Origin: Phycisphaerae bacterium
GTDB taxonomy: Bacteria > Planctomycetota > Phycisphaerae > Phycisphaerales > SM1A02
NCBI GenBank assembly: GCA_002711415.1
Contig: PARI01000036.1
Span: 42,870 to 106,869, forward strand
Length of the DNA: 64,000 nucleotides
Reading direction: 5' to 3'
Shown: piece by piece, positions 9,047 to 18,135 of the stretch
Numbering within the stretch: position 1 is the first letter of the stretch
Layout of the letters: the number at the start of each line of letters is the position of its first letter
The notes under the pieces: model-generated
Told to the model about the DNA's origin: nothing
Database searches by the model: none
The model's input: the letters and a program-made list of their open reading frames with translations, nothing else
Position numbers and translations under genes: made by a program

Positions 9047-10474
9047 ATGGAGATGGTCCTCGTGCGTGAATTGACAAGAAAGTACACCAGCCTGCTGCTG
9101 CTGGCCGGACTGTTCCTGGTGGGTTGCCAGGGATACAAGCCGATGCCGCTGCAGCCGGAAGACCACATGAAGCAGTGGCTGGAACGAACACCCAGGAGCG
9201 AGGGGGTCGTGGAGTTCGCCAGGAAACTCTCCGAGGAGGATCCGGGTGCGATCGAGTACGACCCGGATGATGGAATCGACCTCGCTGAAGCCCAGCTGAT
9301 CGCGATGGTCTTCAATCCGAAACTGCGCCTGGCCAGGAAGCGTGCCGGGGTGGCTGCGGCGACTGCGGAGAATGCGGGCCTCTGGGATGACCCCAGCTTC
9401 TCGATCGATGTCCTCAGAATCACCGAGAGTGTCGCCAATCCATGGGTCATCATGCCGGGGCTGAGCCTGACGATACCGATCTCGGGCAGGCTTGAAGTAG
9501 AGAAATCACGAGCCGATGCCCTGATGCAGGAGGCGCTCGTCCGCGTTGCCGGCGAGGAATGGCTGGTACGACAGGAGGTCCGTGATGCATGGGCCCGATG
9601 GTCGGCATCGCTGCTTGCCGCCGAAGAGGCCGGCACGTTGATCGAGTCGATCGAACAGATGGTCGAGATGACCGGGAGGCTCGCCGATCTCGGCGAGTTG
9701 CGTCGGACCGAGGCGGGCCTCTTCAGGATCGAGAATGCACAGAGAGTCCGAGAGCTTGCAGGCCTGGAGGCCCGTGCCCTTTCCAACCGGCAGCAGTTGC
9801 ACATGCTGCTGGGCCTCTCACCTGATGCTCCGCTTGAGCTGCTGCCTTCACTGGACGTGTTCGTTCCAGGAGAAGTCGACATTGACCTGACAATGAGCAA
9901 CCCTGAACTCAGACGACTCCGGGAGGCATACGAGGTCGCAGAGCACTCGCTCCAACTGGAGGTCAGGAAGCAGTACCCCGACCTGACGATCGGCCCGCTC
10001 TACGAGACCGACCAGGGACAGTCGAGGATCGGTTTCTTAGGCGGCATCCCCATCCCGGTACTCAACGCCAACAGGCAGGGCATCGCGGAGGCGACTGCCA
10101 GGCGCGAGCTGGCTCGTGCCGAGTTCGAGGCCGCCGTCGAGATCCTCGAGGGAACGATCGCGATGACAAGGATCCGGATGACAGCACTGGAGGAAGAGTA
10201 CGGCGAACTCGTCCGTGTCATCGGACCCATGGTCGATCAACAGGTCGCCGATGCCCGGACGCTGATCCGGCTGGGTGAAGCAGGCGAAGGCGGAACCCTG
10301 GTCCTGCTTGAGAGCATCGTCCGCCTCCACGAGACCAAGACACGAATGATCAGGGTGCTGATGGACCAGGCACTGGAGTGCTCAAGACTCGAGTACCTCC
10401 TCGGGCCCGGATACGAGAATGATTCGACATGGATACAGGACCTGGACAACGAGGAAACAGAGGTGACACGATGA
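9047..10474 (+). CDS. TolC-family outer membrane efflux protein (CzcC-like) lipoprotein
   Basis: Lipobox LLLLAGLFLVGCQG. Two OEP-type coiled-coil repeats. First gene of a C-B-A efflux arrangement. Start ambiguous (TTG 9041, ATG 9047 or ATG 9053). Confidence 0.85.
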   Translation: MEMVLVRELTRKYTSLLLLAGLFLVGCQGYKPMPLQPEDHMKQWLERTPRSEGVVEFARKLSEEDPGAIEYDPDDGIDLAEAQLIAMVFNPKLRLARKRAGVAAATAENAGLWDDPSFSIDVLRITESVANPWVIMPGLSLTIPISGRLEVEKSRADALMQEALVRVAGEEWLVRQEVRDAWARWSASLLAAEEAGTLIESIEQMVEMTGRLADLGELRRTEAGLFRIENAQRVRELAGLEARALSNRQQLHMLLGLSPDAPLELLPSLDVFVPGEVDIDLTMSNPELRRLREAYEVAEHSLQLEVRKQYPDLTIGPLYETDQGQSRIGFLGGIPIPVLNANRQGIAEATARRELARAEFEAAVEILEGTIAMTRIRMTALEEEYGELVRVIGPMVDQQVADARTLIRLGEAGEGGTLVLLESIVRLHETKTRMIRVLMDQALECSRLEYLLGPGYENDSTWIQDLDNEETEVTR

Positions 10475-11832
10475 ACATCTTCATGCAGATCGCAGCATGC
10501 GCATGCCTGGTGACTCTGGTCGGATGTACCGACAAGAGCGGGCCCCCGGCGGACACGTCGACGAGCGAGAACCCCAAGAGCATGATGTCCGGCGGCAGGA
10601 TCGAGATCCCCCCTGCCGTACGGAACAACCTTGGTATCACGTTCGCCAAGGTCCAGAGACGATGGGTCAACGACACGATCCGCATACCGGGCTCATTCGA
10701 GTTGATGCCGCTTGCTCGAAGGGAGTACAGGATGCCCCTTCCAGGACGGGTTCGCCTGCTGGTCGACCAGTATCAAACCGTCAGGCCAGGGGACGTGCTC
10801 TTCACGTACCAGTCCGAACGGTGGCAGCAGCTCCAGGAAGAGATCCTCCTTGCAGACCAGGCCGTGGACACGGCTGCTGCACGCCTTGCAGTCGAGTCGG
10901 CCACACTCACCGAGACAAGGCAACGGATGGCGATCCTCAGGGACAGAATCCAGAGGCTCGCCGAGGCCGACTTCAAGCAGGCAGGACTTGAAGCACGGTC
11001 GGCAGAACTGGGAGCCAGCATTCCAGGACTCCTGGCCAAGGTGCGACAGGCGGAGACCGCCCTGGCCAACACCAGGCAGTTGCGTGAACAGTCGATCAGA
11101 AACGCATCCGTCGCCACGGGAATCACCGAACAGTCACTGCTGGAAACGGTGATGGTCGACGGCGTGGAACGTCCCGCGTACATGGACATCGAGTGGTTGG
11201 AGGTCAGGGCCGAGGAAACCGGCATCGTCCAGGTGCTCGACGTGACCAACGGTGCGCACGTGCTGGCTTCGGACATGGTCCTGTCGACGATCGATCCGGA
11301 GATGGTCCGATTTCGAGCATCGGCACTCCAGTCAGACCTGCCAAGGCTTGGGGACGGACTCGAGGCATGGATCGTCCCGCCCATGACGGATGGCTTGCGG
11401 ATTGATGATGGGGTGTCCGCTGCAGTCACCATCGGACTTGAAGCCGATCCGCAGCAGCGAACGGTCGCCATACTGGCACGTCCCGAGGAATCAAGACCGT
11501 GGATCAGGCCGGGTGTATCGGCGTTTCTCGAGTTGGTGGTCGATTCCACCGATGGGCCCGCCCTGGCGATCCCGCGGGCGGCGGTCCTCAAGGATGGGAT
11601 TGTTCACGTGTTCTTCCGCCGTGATCCGAAGGATGCCAACCAGGCCATCCGAGTCGAGGCCGACATGGGCATCGATGATGGTCGCTGGATCCAGATCCGC
11701 AGCGGAATCGGTCCTGATGACCAGGTCGTGCTCGATGGAGCCTATGAACTCAAACTGGCTACGCAGCAGCATGGTGGCACCGGCAAGGGCGGTCACTTCC
11801 ATGCCGATGGGACGTTTCACGAGGATCATTGA
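10471..11832 (+). CDS. efflux RND periplasmic adaptor (membrane fusion protein, CzcB/CusB-like)
   Basis: ATGA overlap with the upstream stop. Lipobox CLVTLVGCTD. Coiled-coil hairpin region and beta-barrel domains. His-rich C-terminal tail (HGGTGKGGHFHADGTFHEDH). Confidence 0.85.
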   Translation: MNIFMQIAACACLVTLVGCTDKSGPPADTSTSENPKSMMSGGRIEIPPAVRNNLGITFAKVQRRWVNDTIRIPGSFELMPLARREYRMPLPGRVRLLVDQYQTVRPGDVLFTYQSERWQQLQEEILLADQAVDTAAARLAVESATLTETRQRMAILRDRIQRLAEADFKQAGLEARSAELGASIPGLLAKVRQAETALANTRQLREQSIRNASVATGITEQSLLETVMVDGVERPAYMDIEWLEVRAEETGIVQVLDVTNGAHVLASDMVLSTIDPEMVRFRASALQSDLPRLGDGLEAWIVPPMTDGLRIDDGVSAAVTIGLEADPQQRTVAILARPEESRPWIRPGVSAFLELVVDSTDGPALAIPRAAVLKDGIVHVFFRRDPKDANQAIRVEADMGIDDGRWIQIRSGIGPDDQVVLDGAYELKLATQQHGGTGKGGHFHADGTFHEDH

Positions 11833-11843
11833 AGGAACCGACG

Positions 11844-14800
11844 ATGCTGAAGAACCTGATCCGATTCTCGATCGACAACGCCGTCATCATCCTCCTGCTC
11901 GCAGGGCTGCTTGTCGGCCTGGCCGCGTACCAGTTGCCTCGCACGCCCGTCGATGTCTTCCCTGAGCTCAACGCCTCAACCGTCGTGGTCATGACGGAGT
12001 CGCCTGGACTCTCGGCCGACGAGGTGGAGCAGTACGTGACGTTCCCCATCGAGACCGCCGTCAACGGCATTCCAGGCGTCCGGCGCGTCCGCACGGTCAG
12101 CAGCATCGGCCTCTCGGTCGCCTACATAGAATTCGAATGGGCAACGGACATCTACAGGGCCAGGCAACTGGTCTCTGAGCGACTGGACACCTTGCGGGAA
12201 CTCCTGCCTCCCGGGGCCGATGCGGAGATGACACCGATCACCTCGATCGCGGGAGAGATCATGCTGCTGGCCGTCTCATCCCCGAACCAGGCCGTCTCAC
12301 CGCTGCAACTTCGTTCCTACGCGGAGTTCGAACTGAGGAACAGGCTCCTTGGAATCCCGGGAGTCGCGCAGGTCTCGGTGATCGGTGGCGAACTTCCAGA
12401 GTATCAGGTTCACGTGCAGCAGGAGAAGCTGCGACTGTACGACCTGGCGCTTGATGACGTCATCGAGGCTGCCGAGGAGGCCCATGCCTCACTGAGTGCC
12501 GGGTACCTGCCGGACATCGACGGCCTGGAGATGCCAATCAGGCAGAGCGGCCGTGTCCGTGATGCCCGGGACATAGCGGGAACCGTGATCAAGTTCCAGG
12601 AGGGTTCACCCGTGACGATCGGCCAGGTGGCATCGGTGGCTGTCGGGGCGGCCCCGAGACGTGGAACAGGAGCCGACGAAGGCAAGCCGGCCGTCATTCT
12701 GACGGTGCTCAAGTCACCAGGCACCAACACGCTCGTCGTGACTGAACGAGTCGACCGCATGCTTGATGAGATACAGGGGACATTGTCGGAAGACATCCGC
12801 ATCAACCGGAACATCTTCAGGCAGTCGGACTTCATCGGGATGTCGGTGGACAATGTCGTCGAAGCGCTGAGGGACGCCGCGATCATCGTGTCGGTGATCG
12901 TGCTGCTGTTCATGATGAATCTTCGATCCACCGTCATCACGCTGATCGCCCTGCCGATCTCCCTGGCATCCGGCCTGCTGATCCTTGACTGGATGGGCCA
13001 GACTCTCAACGTCATGACCCTTGGGGGCCTGGCCATTGCGGTCGGAAGCCTTGTTGATGACGCGATCATCGACGTCGAGAACGTGGTCAGGCGAATGAAG
13101 CAGGAAACGAGTCTTCCCGTCGAGCAACGCAGAAGCAGGGTCGGTGTCATCTTCGATGCCAGTAACGAGATCAGACCGGCCATGGTCTTCGCCACGATCA
13201 TCATTTCGCTGGTGTTCCTGCCATTGATGTTCCTCGAGGGGATCGAGGGCAGCTTCTTCAAGCCGCTTGGAATCGCATTCGTCGTGTCGATTCTCTCCTC
13301 GCTTCTGGTGGCCCTGACCGTGACGCCTGCAACGTGCCGTCTTCTGCTGAAGATCTCGCCAGGCACATCGCGTGAGAGTGGCCTCGTGAGCATTCTGAAG
13401 CGACTCTATGAACCGATCCTTCGTCATGCGATCAGGACCAGGAAACTCGTGCTGGGCCTGGCGGGAACCGTGACGATTCTCGCCCTCTGGCTGGCATCAA
13501 CCTATGGAACGGCGTTTCTTCCCGAGTTCAACGAGGGCACGTTCACGGTCGGTCTCTATGCACCACCCGGCACCTCGCTCGAGGCGAGTGATCGCATGGC
13601 GTCATCCGTTGAAAAGCAGTTGCTGCAGGTCGATGGTGTCCAGAGCGTCACTCGTCGAACCGGGCGAGCCGAGCGTGACGAGCATGTTGAACCGGTCAGC
13701 AACTCCGAGATCGACATCACGATCAAGCCAGGATACTCAAAGATACAGGTGCGAAAGAGGATCTCCCGGGTCCTCGAGCAGGTTCCCGGGATCACCTCGA
13801 ACGTCGGCCAACCCATCGAGCACCGGCTGAGCCACATCCTCTCTGGCACGCCGGCAGCCATCGCGATCAATGTCCACGGGGACGACCTGGATGTCCTGCG
13901 AACGATCGCCAAGCGGATCGAGAATGAACTGAAACAACTCCCCGGTGCTCGCGATGTCGCCGCCAACAGGGAGATGTTGATCCAGTCACTGCCGGTGCAG
14001 TTCCAGCCGGAGGAACTGACCGCCTTCGGCCTGACGCCTGCGGGAGCGGCCGAGCAGGTAAGAAACGCGATCCATGGTGCCGAAGTCGCCGTGGTCAACG
14101 ATGGAACCAGGAGGCTGTCCATCATGGTGCGGCTTGACCCTGTACAGAGGGACACGATGGAGGATCTCTCCAGGATCGTCCTTCGCGGGATGGACGGAGC
14201 TCTGGTGCGGCTTGAGGAGGTGGCCGTGGTCGGGCCGGAGATGACCTCGAACCTGATCACGCGCGAGAACTCCAGGAGGAAGGCCGTCATCTCGCTCAAC
14301 GTGGACGACGGTTCCAACCTTGGACATCTGGTCGGGCAGGTGAGAACCATCGTCGATCCGATCGTCAGGGAGCATGGATACACGGTCGACTACGGGGGAC
14401 AGTTCGAGGCCCAGCGTTCGGCGAGCAGGACGATACTCCTGGCGACCGGAGTCGTCGTGCTGGTCATGCTCGTCCTGCTGAACATGGCGATCGGATCGCT
14501 CCGGGTCTCGCTGCTGGTCCTGGTGAACCTGCCACTGGCACTGATCGGTGGCATCCTGGCCATTCTCCTCTACCAGTCGGAGAACCCCGTGCTGAACATG
14601 CTCGGCGTGCTGGGTATCGGAACGTACACGGCACCGGTCATCTCGATAGCGAGCCTCGTCGGCTTCATCACGCTCTTTGGCATCGCGGTGAGAAACGGGA
14701 TCCTGCTGGTGAATCACTACCACAACCTCCGGGTCATGGAAGGGCTCGACCTGGAGGACGCCGTCATCCGTGGTTCGCTCGAAAGACTTTCACCGATCCT

Positions 14801-14990
14801 GATGACGGCACTGACGGCTGCACTCGCCCTGGTTCCCATCGTGCTCAGGGGCGATCAGCCTGGCAACGACCTCCTGGCCCCCCTGTCAGTCGTGATCCTC
14901 GGGGGACTGCTCAGTTCCACGCTCCTGAATCTGGTCGTCGTTCCGGCAGGGTATGCCCTCATCATGGCGAAAGACAGGGATTCGGACTGA
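11844..14990 (+). CDS. CusA/CzcA-family heavy-metal efflux RND transporter
   Basis: About 1050 aa with 12-TM RND (ACR_tran) architecture. N-terminus MLKNLIRFSIDNAVIILLL, and VGSLVDDAIIDVENV in TM4. GAAGGAA lies 6 nt before ATG 11844. Confidence 0.95.
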   Translation: MLKNLIRFSIDNAVIILLLAGLLVGLAAYQLPRTPVDVFPELNASTVVVMTESPGLSADEVEQYVTFPIETAVNGIPGVRRVRTVSSIGLSVAYIEFEWATDIYRARQLVSERLDTLRELLPPGADAEMTPITSIAGEIMLLAVSSPNQAVSPLQLRSYAEFELRNRLLGIPGVAQVSVIGGELPEYQVHVQQEKLRLYDLALDDVIEAAEEAHASLSAGYLPDIDGLEMPIRQSGRVRDARDIAGTVIKFQEGSPVTIGQVASVAVGAAPRRGTGADEGKPAVILTVLKSPGTNTLVVTERVDRMLDEIQGTLSEDIRINRNIFRQSDFIGMSVDNVVEALRDAAIIVSVIVLLFMMNLRSTVITLIALPISLASGLLILDWMGQTLNVMTLGGLAIAVGSLVDDAIIDVENVVRRMKQETSLPVEQRRSRVGVIFDASNEIRPAMVFATIIISLVFLPLMFLEGIEGSFFKPLGIAFVVSILSSLLVALTVTPATCRLLLKISPGTSRESGLVSILKRLYEPILRHAIRTRKLVLGLAGTVTILALWLASTYGTAFLPEFNEGTFTVGLYAPPGTSLEASDRMASSVEKQLLQVDGVQSVTRRTGRAERDEHVEPVSNSEIDITIKPGYSKIQVRKRISRVLEQVPGITSNVGQPIEHRLSHILSGTPAAIAINVHGDDLDVLRTIAKRIENELKQLPGARDVAANREMLIQSLPVQFQPEELTAFGLTPAGAAEQVRNAIHGAEVAVVNDGTRRLSIMVRLDPVQRDTMEDLSRIVLRGMDGALVRLEEVAVVGPEMTSNLITRENSRRKAVISLNVDDGSNLGHLVGQVRTIVDPIVREHGYTVDYGGQFEAQRSASRTILLATGVVVLVMLVLLNMAIGSLRVSLLVLVNLPLALIGGILAILLYQSENPVLNMLGVLGIGTYTAPVISIASLVGFITLFGIAVRNGILLVNHYHNLRVMEGLDLEDAVIRGSLERLSPILMTALTAALALVPIVLRGDQPGNDLLAPLSVVILGGLLSSTLLNLVVVPAGYALIMAKDRDSD

Positions 14991-15045
14991 CGCCCGAATG
15001 CAAGAACAAGGACGACGAGGTACCCTTTGTCGACAGGAGGAACCC

Positions 15046-15609
15046 ATGAAGAATCTCGCCAGCATTCTCGTATTGCTTTCACTCGCCGCCTTCATCAACA
15101 ACGGCTGCACCCAATCATCGTCAGACCATGACCATGACCATGATCATGATCATGCGCATGATCACGATCACGACCACGATCATGATGGCCACGATCACGA
15201 CCATGATGATCATGACCACGACCATGACGACCATGATCACGACCATGATGATCATGATGATGAGGAGCATGACCATGGAGACGAGGTCGAGCTCGAGTCA
15301 GTGATGATCGATTCGATGTCGATCGAGCTCGCACAGGGCCACGGCCCCATCAAGGCTGGTACCGAGGGACACCTGGTCGTGAAGTTGCCTTACAACGACA
15401 ATGGAGCAACCACCGTCAGGGCATGGATCGGGCAGGAGGATCGAACCCTTTCAATGGTCGGGATCGGGGAGTACGCTCCATCGCATGATGACTACGACAT
15501 CCATGCAATGGCACCTGACCCGCTTCCAACAGACACGATGTGGTGGATCGAGATCGAGAAACCAGACGGCGCCACGTCTGTCGGGTCGGCCAAGCCGATC
15601 CTCCAGTAA
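15046..15609 (+). CDS. lipoprotein with (Asp-His)n tract and C-terminal beta-rich domain, putative periplasmic metal-binding accessory of the RND pump
   Basis: GGAGGA precedes ATG 15046. Lipobox AAFINNGCTQ. A 54-residue D/H tract is followed by a ~110-aa globular region (GHLVVKLPYNDNGATTVRAWIG..MWWIEIEKPDG). Confidence 0.7.
   Translation: MKNLASILVLLSLAAFINNGCTQSSSDHDHDHDHDHAHDHDHDHDHDGHDHDHDDHDHDHDDHDHDHDDHDDEEHDHGDEVELESVMIDSMSIELAQGHGPIKAGTEGHLVVKLPYNDNGATTVRAWIGQEDRTLSMVGIGEYAPSHDDYDIHAMAPDPLPTDTMWWIEIEKPDGATSVGSAKPILQ
15124..15285 (+). repeat. in-frame imperfect (GAY-CAY)n codon repeat encoding the Asp/His tract
   Basis: gaccatgaccatgaccatgatcatgatcat... with GAC/GAT and CAT/CAC alternating, so perfect repeat units stay short. 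Confidence 0.9.
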
Positions 15610-15661
15610 TCCGGGCACGACTCACGTCCCGTGACATGCCAGCATCCTCGGCGATTGCTGC

Positions 15662-15684
15662 ATGGGGTCTCGCCCCATTATTTT
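15662..15684 (+). terminator. candidate intrinsic terminator after the RND cluster
   Basis: atgggg-tctcg-ccccat followed by tatttt. Short 6-bp stem. Confidence 0.4.
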
Positions 15685-15710
15685 GACTCGAAAGACCTGG
15701 GGGATACGAC

Positions 15711-15872
15711 ATGACCAGTTGGGACTTTGGCTTTGCCGGAAGAAACGGTGGAATCGACAAAGACATATTGATCGACAACCTGAAGATCGACTACACCTAC
15801 ATCCCTTCACCCGGGATGCTCGCCCTGTTCGGCCTGGCCGGACTGGCAGCAGGTTCACGACGCAGGAACTGA
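15711..15872 (+). CDS. 53-codon ORF consisting essentially of a PEP-CTERM sorting tail (possible gene remnant)
   Basis: Below the 60-aa cutoff of the ORF track. Hand translation: MTSWDFGFAGRNGGIDKDILIDNLKIDYTYIPSPGMLALFGLAGLAAGSRRRN. That gives a P-S-P motif, a hydrophobic helix and an Arg cluster. GGGGGA lies upstream. There is no signal peptide, and an in-frame TGA sits 27 nt (nine codons) upstream of the ATG. Confidence 0.4.
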   Translation: MTSWDFGFAGRNGGIDKDILIDNLKIDYTYIPSPGMLALFGLAGLAAGSRRRN

Positions 15873-15893
15873 TCCGGGAGACCGAATTCGACG

Positions 15894-15927
15894 CAGCCCG
15901 CCACCGGCACCCGGCGGCGGGCTGTTT
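15894..15927 (+). terminator. intrinsic terminator-like hairpin
   Basis: cagcccgcc-N13-ggcgggctg followed by tttcat. Confidence 0.5.
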
Positions 15928-15968
15928 CATGGGCCCTGCTGCTCTGGCATATGTTGTACGATGACCGC

Positions 15969-16271
15969 ATGCACATCCTCATCATCAACTTCCACCTGAA
16001 GGAACTGGGCCGCGAACAGTACGAGGCGGTCTGCAACGAGGTCGCAGAGAACTTCGCCGGCATACCCGGCCTGATCTCCAAGCACTGGCTTGCCAATGAA
16101 GACACCAACACCTATGGAGGGGTCTACGTCTGGAAGGACCACCAGTCGCTGCTTGACTACAAGAACTCGGAGATCTTCATCTCAATACTGGAGAACCCAG
16201 CATTCGACAACGTGCAGGCACTGGACTTCGAAGTGCTGGCTGAACCATCGAGTGTCACTGGCGTCGGTTGA
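15969..16271 (+). CDS. YdhR-family putative monooxygenase (dimeric alpha/beta barrel)
   Basis: About 100 aa, MHILIINFHLKE..GLISKHWLANEDTNTYGGVYVWKDHQSLLDY. This is the pattern of YdhR-like proteins. The upstream ATG 15951 is less likely. Confidence 0.65.
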   Translation: MHILIINFHLKELGREQYEAVCNEVAENFAGIPGLISKHWLANEDTNTYGGVYVWKDHQSLLDYKNSEIFISILENPAFDNVQALDFEVLAEPSSVTGVG

Positions 16272-16281
16272 TCAGGCGACC

Positions 16282-18135
16282 CTACTTGCCGCTCTTGCCT
16301 GAACCGATCGACTTGCTCCCGGAGCCGGCCGATTCCTTCTTCCCGGACTGGCCCGTCTTCGATGATTTCTTCTTCTGATCATCCAGTTGCTTGCGATCCC
16401 TGCGCGGGAGCAGGAGGTACTGCTCCTCTGACAACAGTTCCTGCAGCGTCGCATCAGCCTGATCATCGATCCGGAGAAACTGGTCGGCATTGACCCCGTA
16501 CCAGATCGTGTTGTCGAATTCCTTCGCCCTCTTGCCATCCAGGAACTCGCGGGCGATGGACGGATCTCGCTGGAGCCTCCTGGCCACCGAGTCCTCCCGG
16601 ATCACCTGCAGATCCGCAACAATCTGGTCCTCCAGGAGGATCAGTTGCTCCACGACCTGCGGATCAAGCTCAGGAAGTTCCAGCGCAGCGACCACCGCAC
16701 GCTCAGCCCAGCGAGATCGCATCTCGGTCACGAATCCCCTGCGGATCGCAGCGTCTCGGAAGCTGGAGGCAAGGTCCGTCTCCGGGTAGGCCTGCTCGAG
16801 AAACATGCAGATCTGTTCCAACTGCTCAAGCAGTGCATCGCGTACAAGGATGGAGGATTCAAGCTCGACCTTGAGTGCATCGGTGTAGTACCGCCGCTCG
16901 GCTTCCAACAGGCGCGACTGCTGGTCATCCGGACGGAACCCGTCCTCTCCCATGATGCGATCACGAGCCCCCTGGTAGGAGATGCCGGTGATCTCCCTAC
17001 TGATCATCGCCTTCTCGCGAGCATGAAGTCTCTGCACGGTCCAGTGCGTCCATGTCCGGAACATCTTCTGGACATCCTCGAACGACTGTTCCTGCTGCTT
17101 GGATGAATCATTCCATGCAGAGAAGAGGTTCGTCGACTCGCCACCGAGTCGTCCGATGCGGATCAGGCGATCGTGATCGATCCGTGCAAGGGCGTCATCG
17201 AGATTGCCCTCGGCAGTCCCCGCCTGCTCGGCGTTGAGAATCGCCAGGAGCGACTCTCGAACCTGGTCACGGAGCACCGAGCGGCTGGCTTTAAAATTGA
17301 TTGCCAACTCGACCAGATCGTCTCCGCTGATGGCGTCACCGAACTGCTCCAACTGCTTGAGATCATTACTGACCCGGCCCTCGAGGGCCTGGAGCCTGAC
17401 ATCAAGCAACGAGACGACGCTGATCATCTCGCTGCCCCATGCCTGGATCTCGGCTCTCTTGTACTCGAGTTCCGGCCCCTCGGAGTCACCCTTGGCCAGG
17501 CGACGCTCAGCCTTCTTCATCGAGTTTCGAATGTTCTCGATGGCATCATTGACCTCGACTGAATCAGCACGTTCGAGGGCTTGGGCCAGGTACCTGTTGG
17601 ACCTGGCCCTGTAGTAGCGGGCGATTCCATCTCTCAGTGGAGAGGCCGAGAGCTGGAAGGACTTCCTGTAGTCCTCGAGGATTATCCTGGCGATCATCGA
17701 CTGCTCCTTGTCCAATTGGAGCATGTCCTCGAGAACGACCAGATCACGAGGCATGAACTCGTGCTCGAAGATCGCATCGGCATCCTGCATCCTGGGGCGC
17801 TCGAACAGCGACTTCACGTCGGGAGCACGCCCTTTGGAGTCATCGGAGCCCTTCGTTGAATCGGAACCGGTTTCATCGACGCGCCACGCCATGTTGTACC
17901 AGATGCCCCAGGCTTCTCGCTTGTTCAGAACGCCACCGGCAACGGCCGCCTTGAGCGTACTGCCAAGTTCATCCAGTTCCTGCTGCGTGACGGTACCCTG
18001 GGCCGAGGCCTTCTCCTGCGCCTGCAGTCCGTGATTGCCATGGACCATGAGAGATCCGATGGCACCAAGTACCAGGAGAACCGGTGTCGAACCGAAATGA
18101 AAACCGCCTGGATTCAAGCGACGCGATTGCTGCAT
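16282..18135 (-). CDS. hypothetical secreted all-helical protein with Lys/Ser/Gly-rich C-terminal tail
   Basis: Met24 start gives the signal-like MQQSRRLNPGGFHFGSTPVLLVLGAIGSLMVHG. About 600 aa of E/R/L/Q-rich sequence, ending KKKSSKTGQSGKKESAGSGSKSIGSGKSGK. No family recognised. Confidence 0.7.
   Translation of the reverse strand: MQQSRRLNPGGFHFGSTPVLLVLGAIGSLMVHGNHGLQAQEKASAQGTVTQQELDELGSTLKAAVAGGVLNKREAWGIWYNMAWRVDETGSDSTKGSDDSKGRAPDVKSLFERPRMQDADAIFEHEFMPRDLVVLEDMLQLDKEQSMIARIILEDYRKSFQLSASPLRDGIARYYRARSNRYLAQALERADSVEVNDAIENIRNSMKKAERRLAKGDSEGPELEYKRAEIQAWGSEMISVVSLLDVRLQALEGRVSNDLKQLEQFGDAISGDDLVELAINFKASRSVLRDQVRESLLAILNAEQAGTAEGNLDDALARIDHDRLIRIGRLGGESTNLFSAWNDSSKQQEQSFEDVQKMFRTWTHWTVQRLHAREKAMISREITGISYQGARDRIMGEDGFRPDDQQSRLLEAERRYYTDALKVELESSILVRDALLEQLEQICMFLEQAYPETDLASSFRDAAIRRGFVTEMRSRWAERAVVAALELPELDPQVVEQLILLEDQIVADLQVIREDSVARRLQRDPSIAREFLDGKRAKEFDNTIWYGVNADQFLRIDDQADATLQELLSEEQYLLLPRRDRKQLDDQKKKSSKTGQSGKKESAGSGSKSIGSGKSGK

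Noticed and set aside
15124-15285. Tandem hexanucleotide-like repeat (and the GGN repeat at 55632-55760), considered as a CRISPR array or phase-variable microsatellite
   Set aside because: There are no spacers and no repeat-spacer periodicity. Both are in-frame codon repeats inside ORFs with good starts and signal peptides. The units are imperfect, which argues against slippage-based switching.
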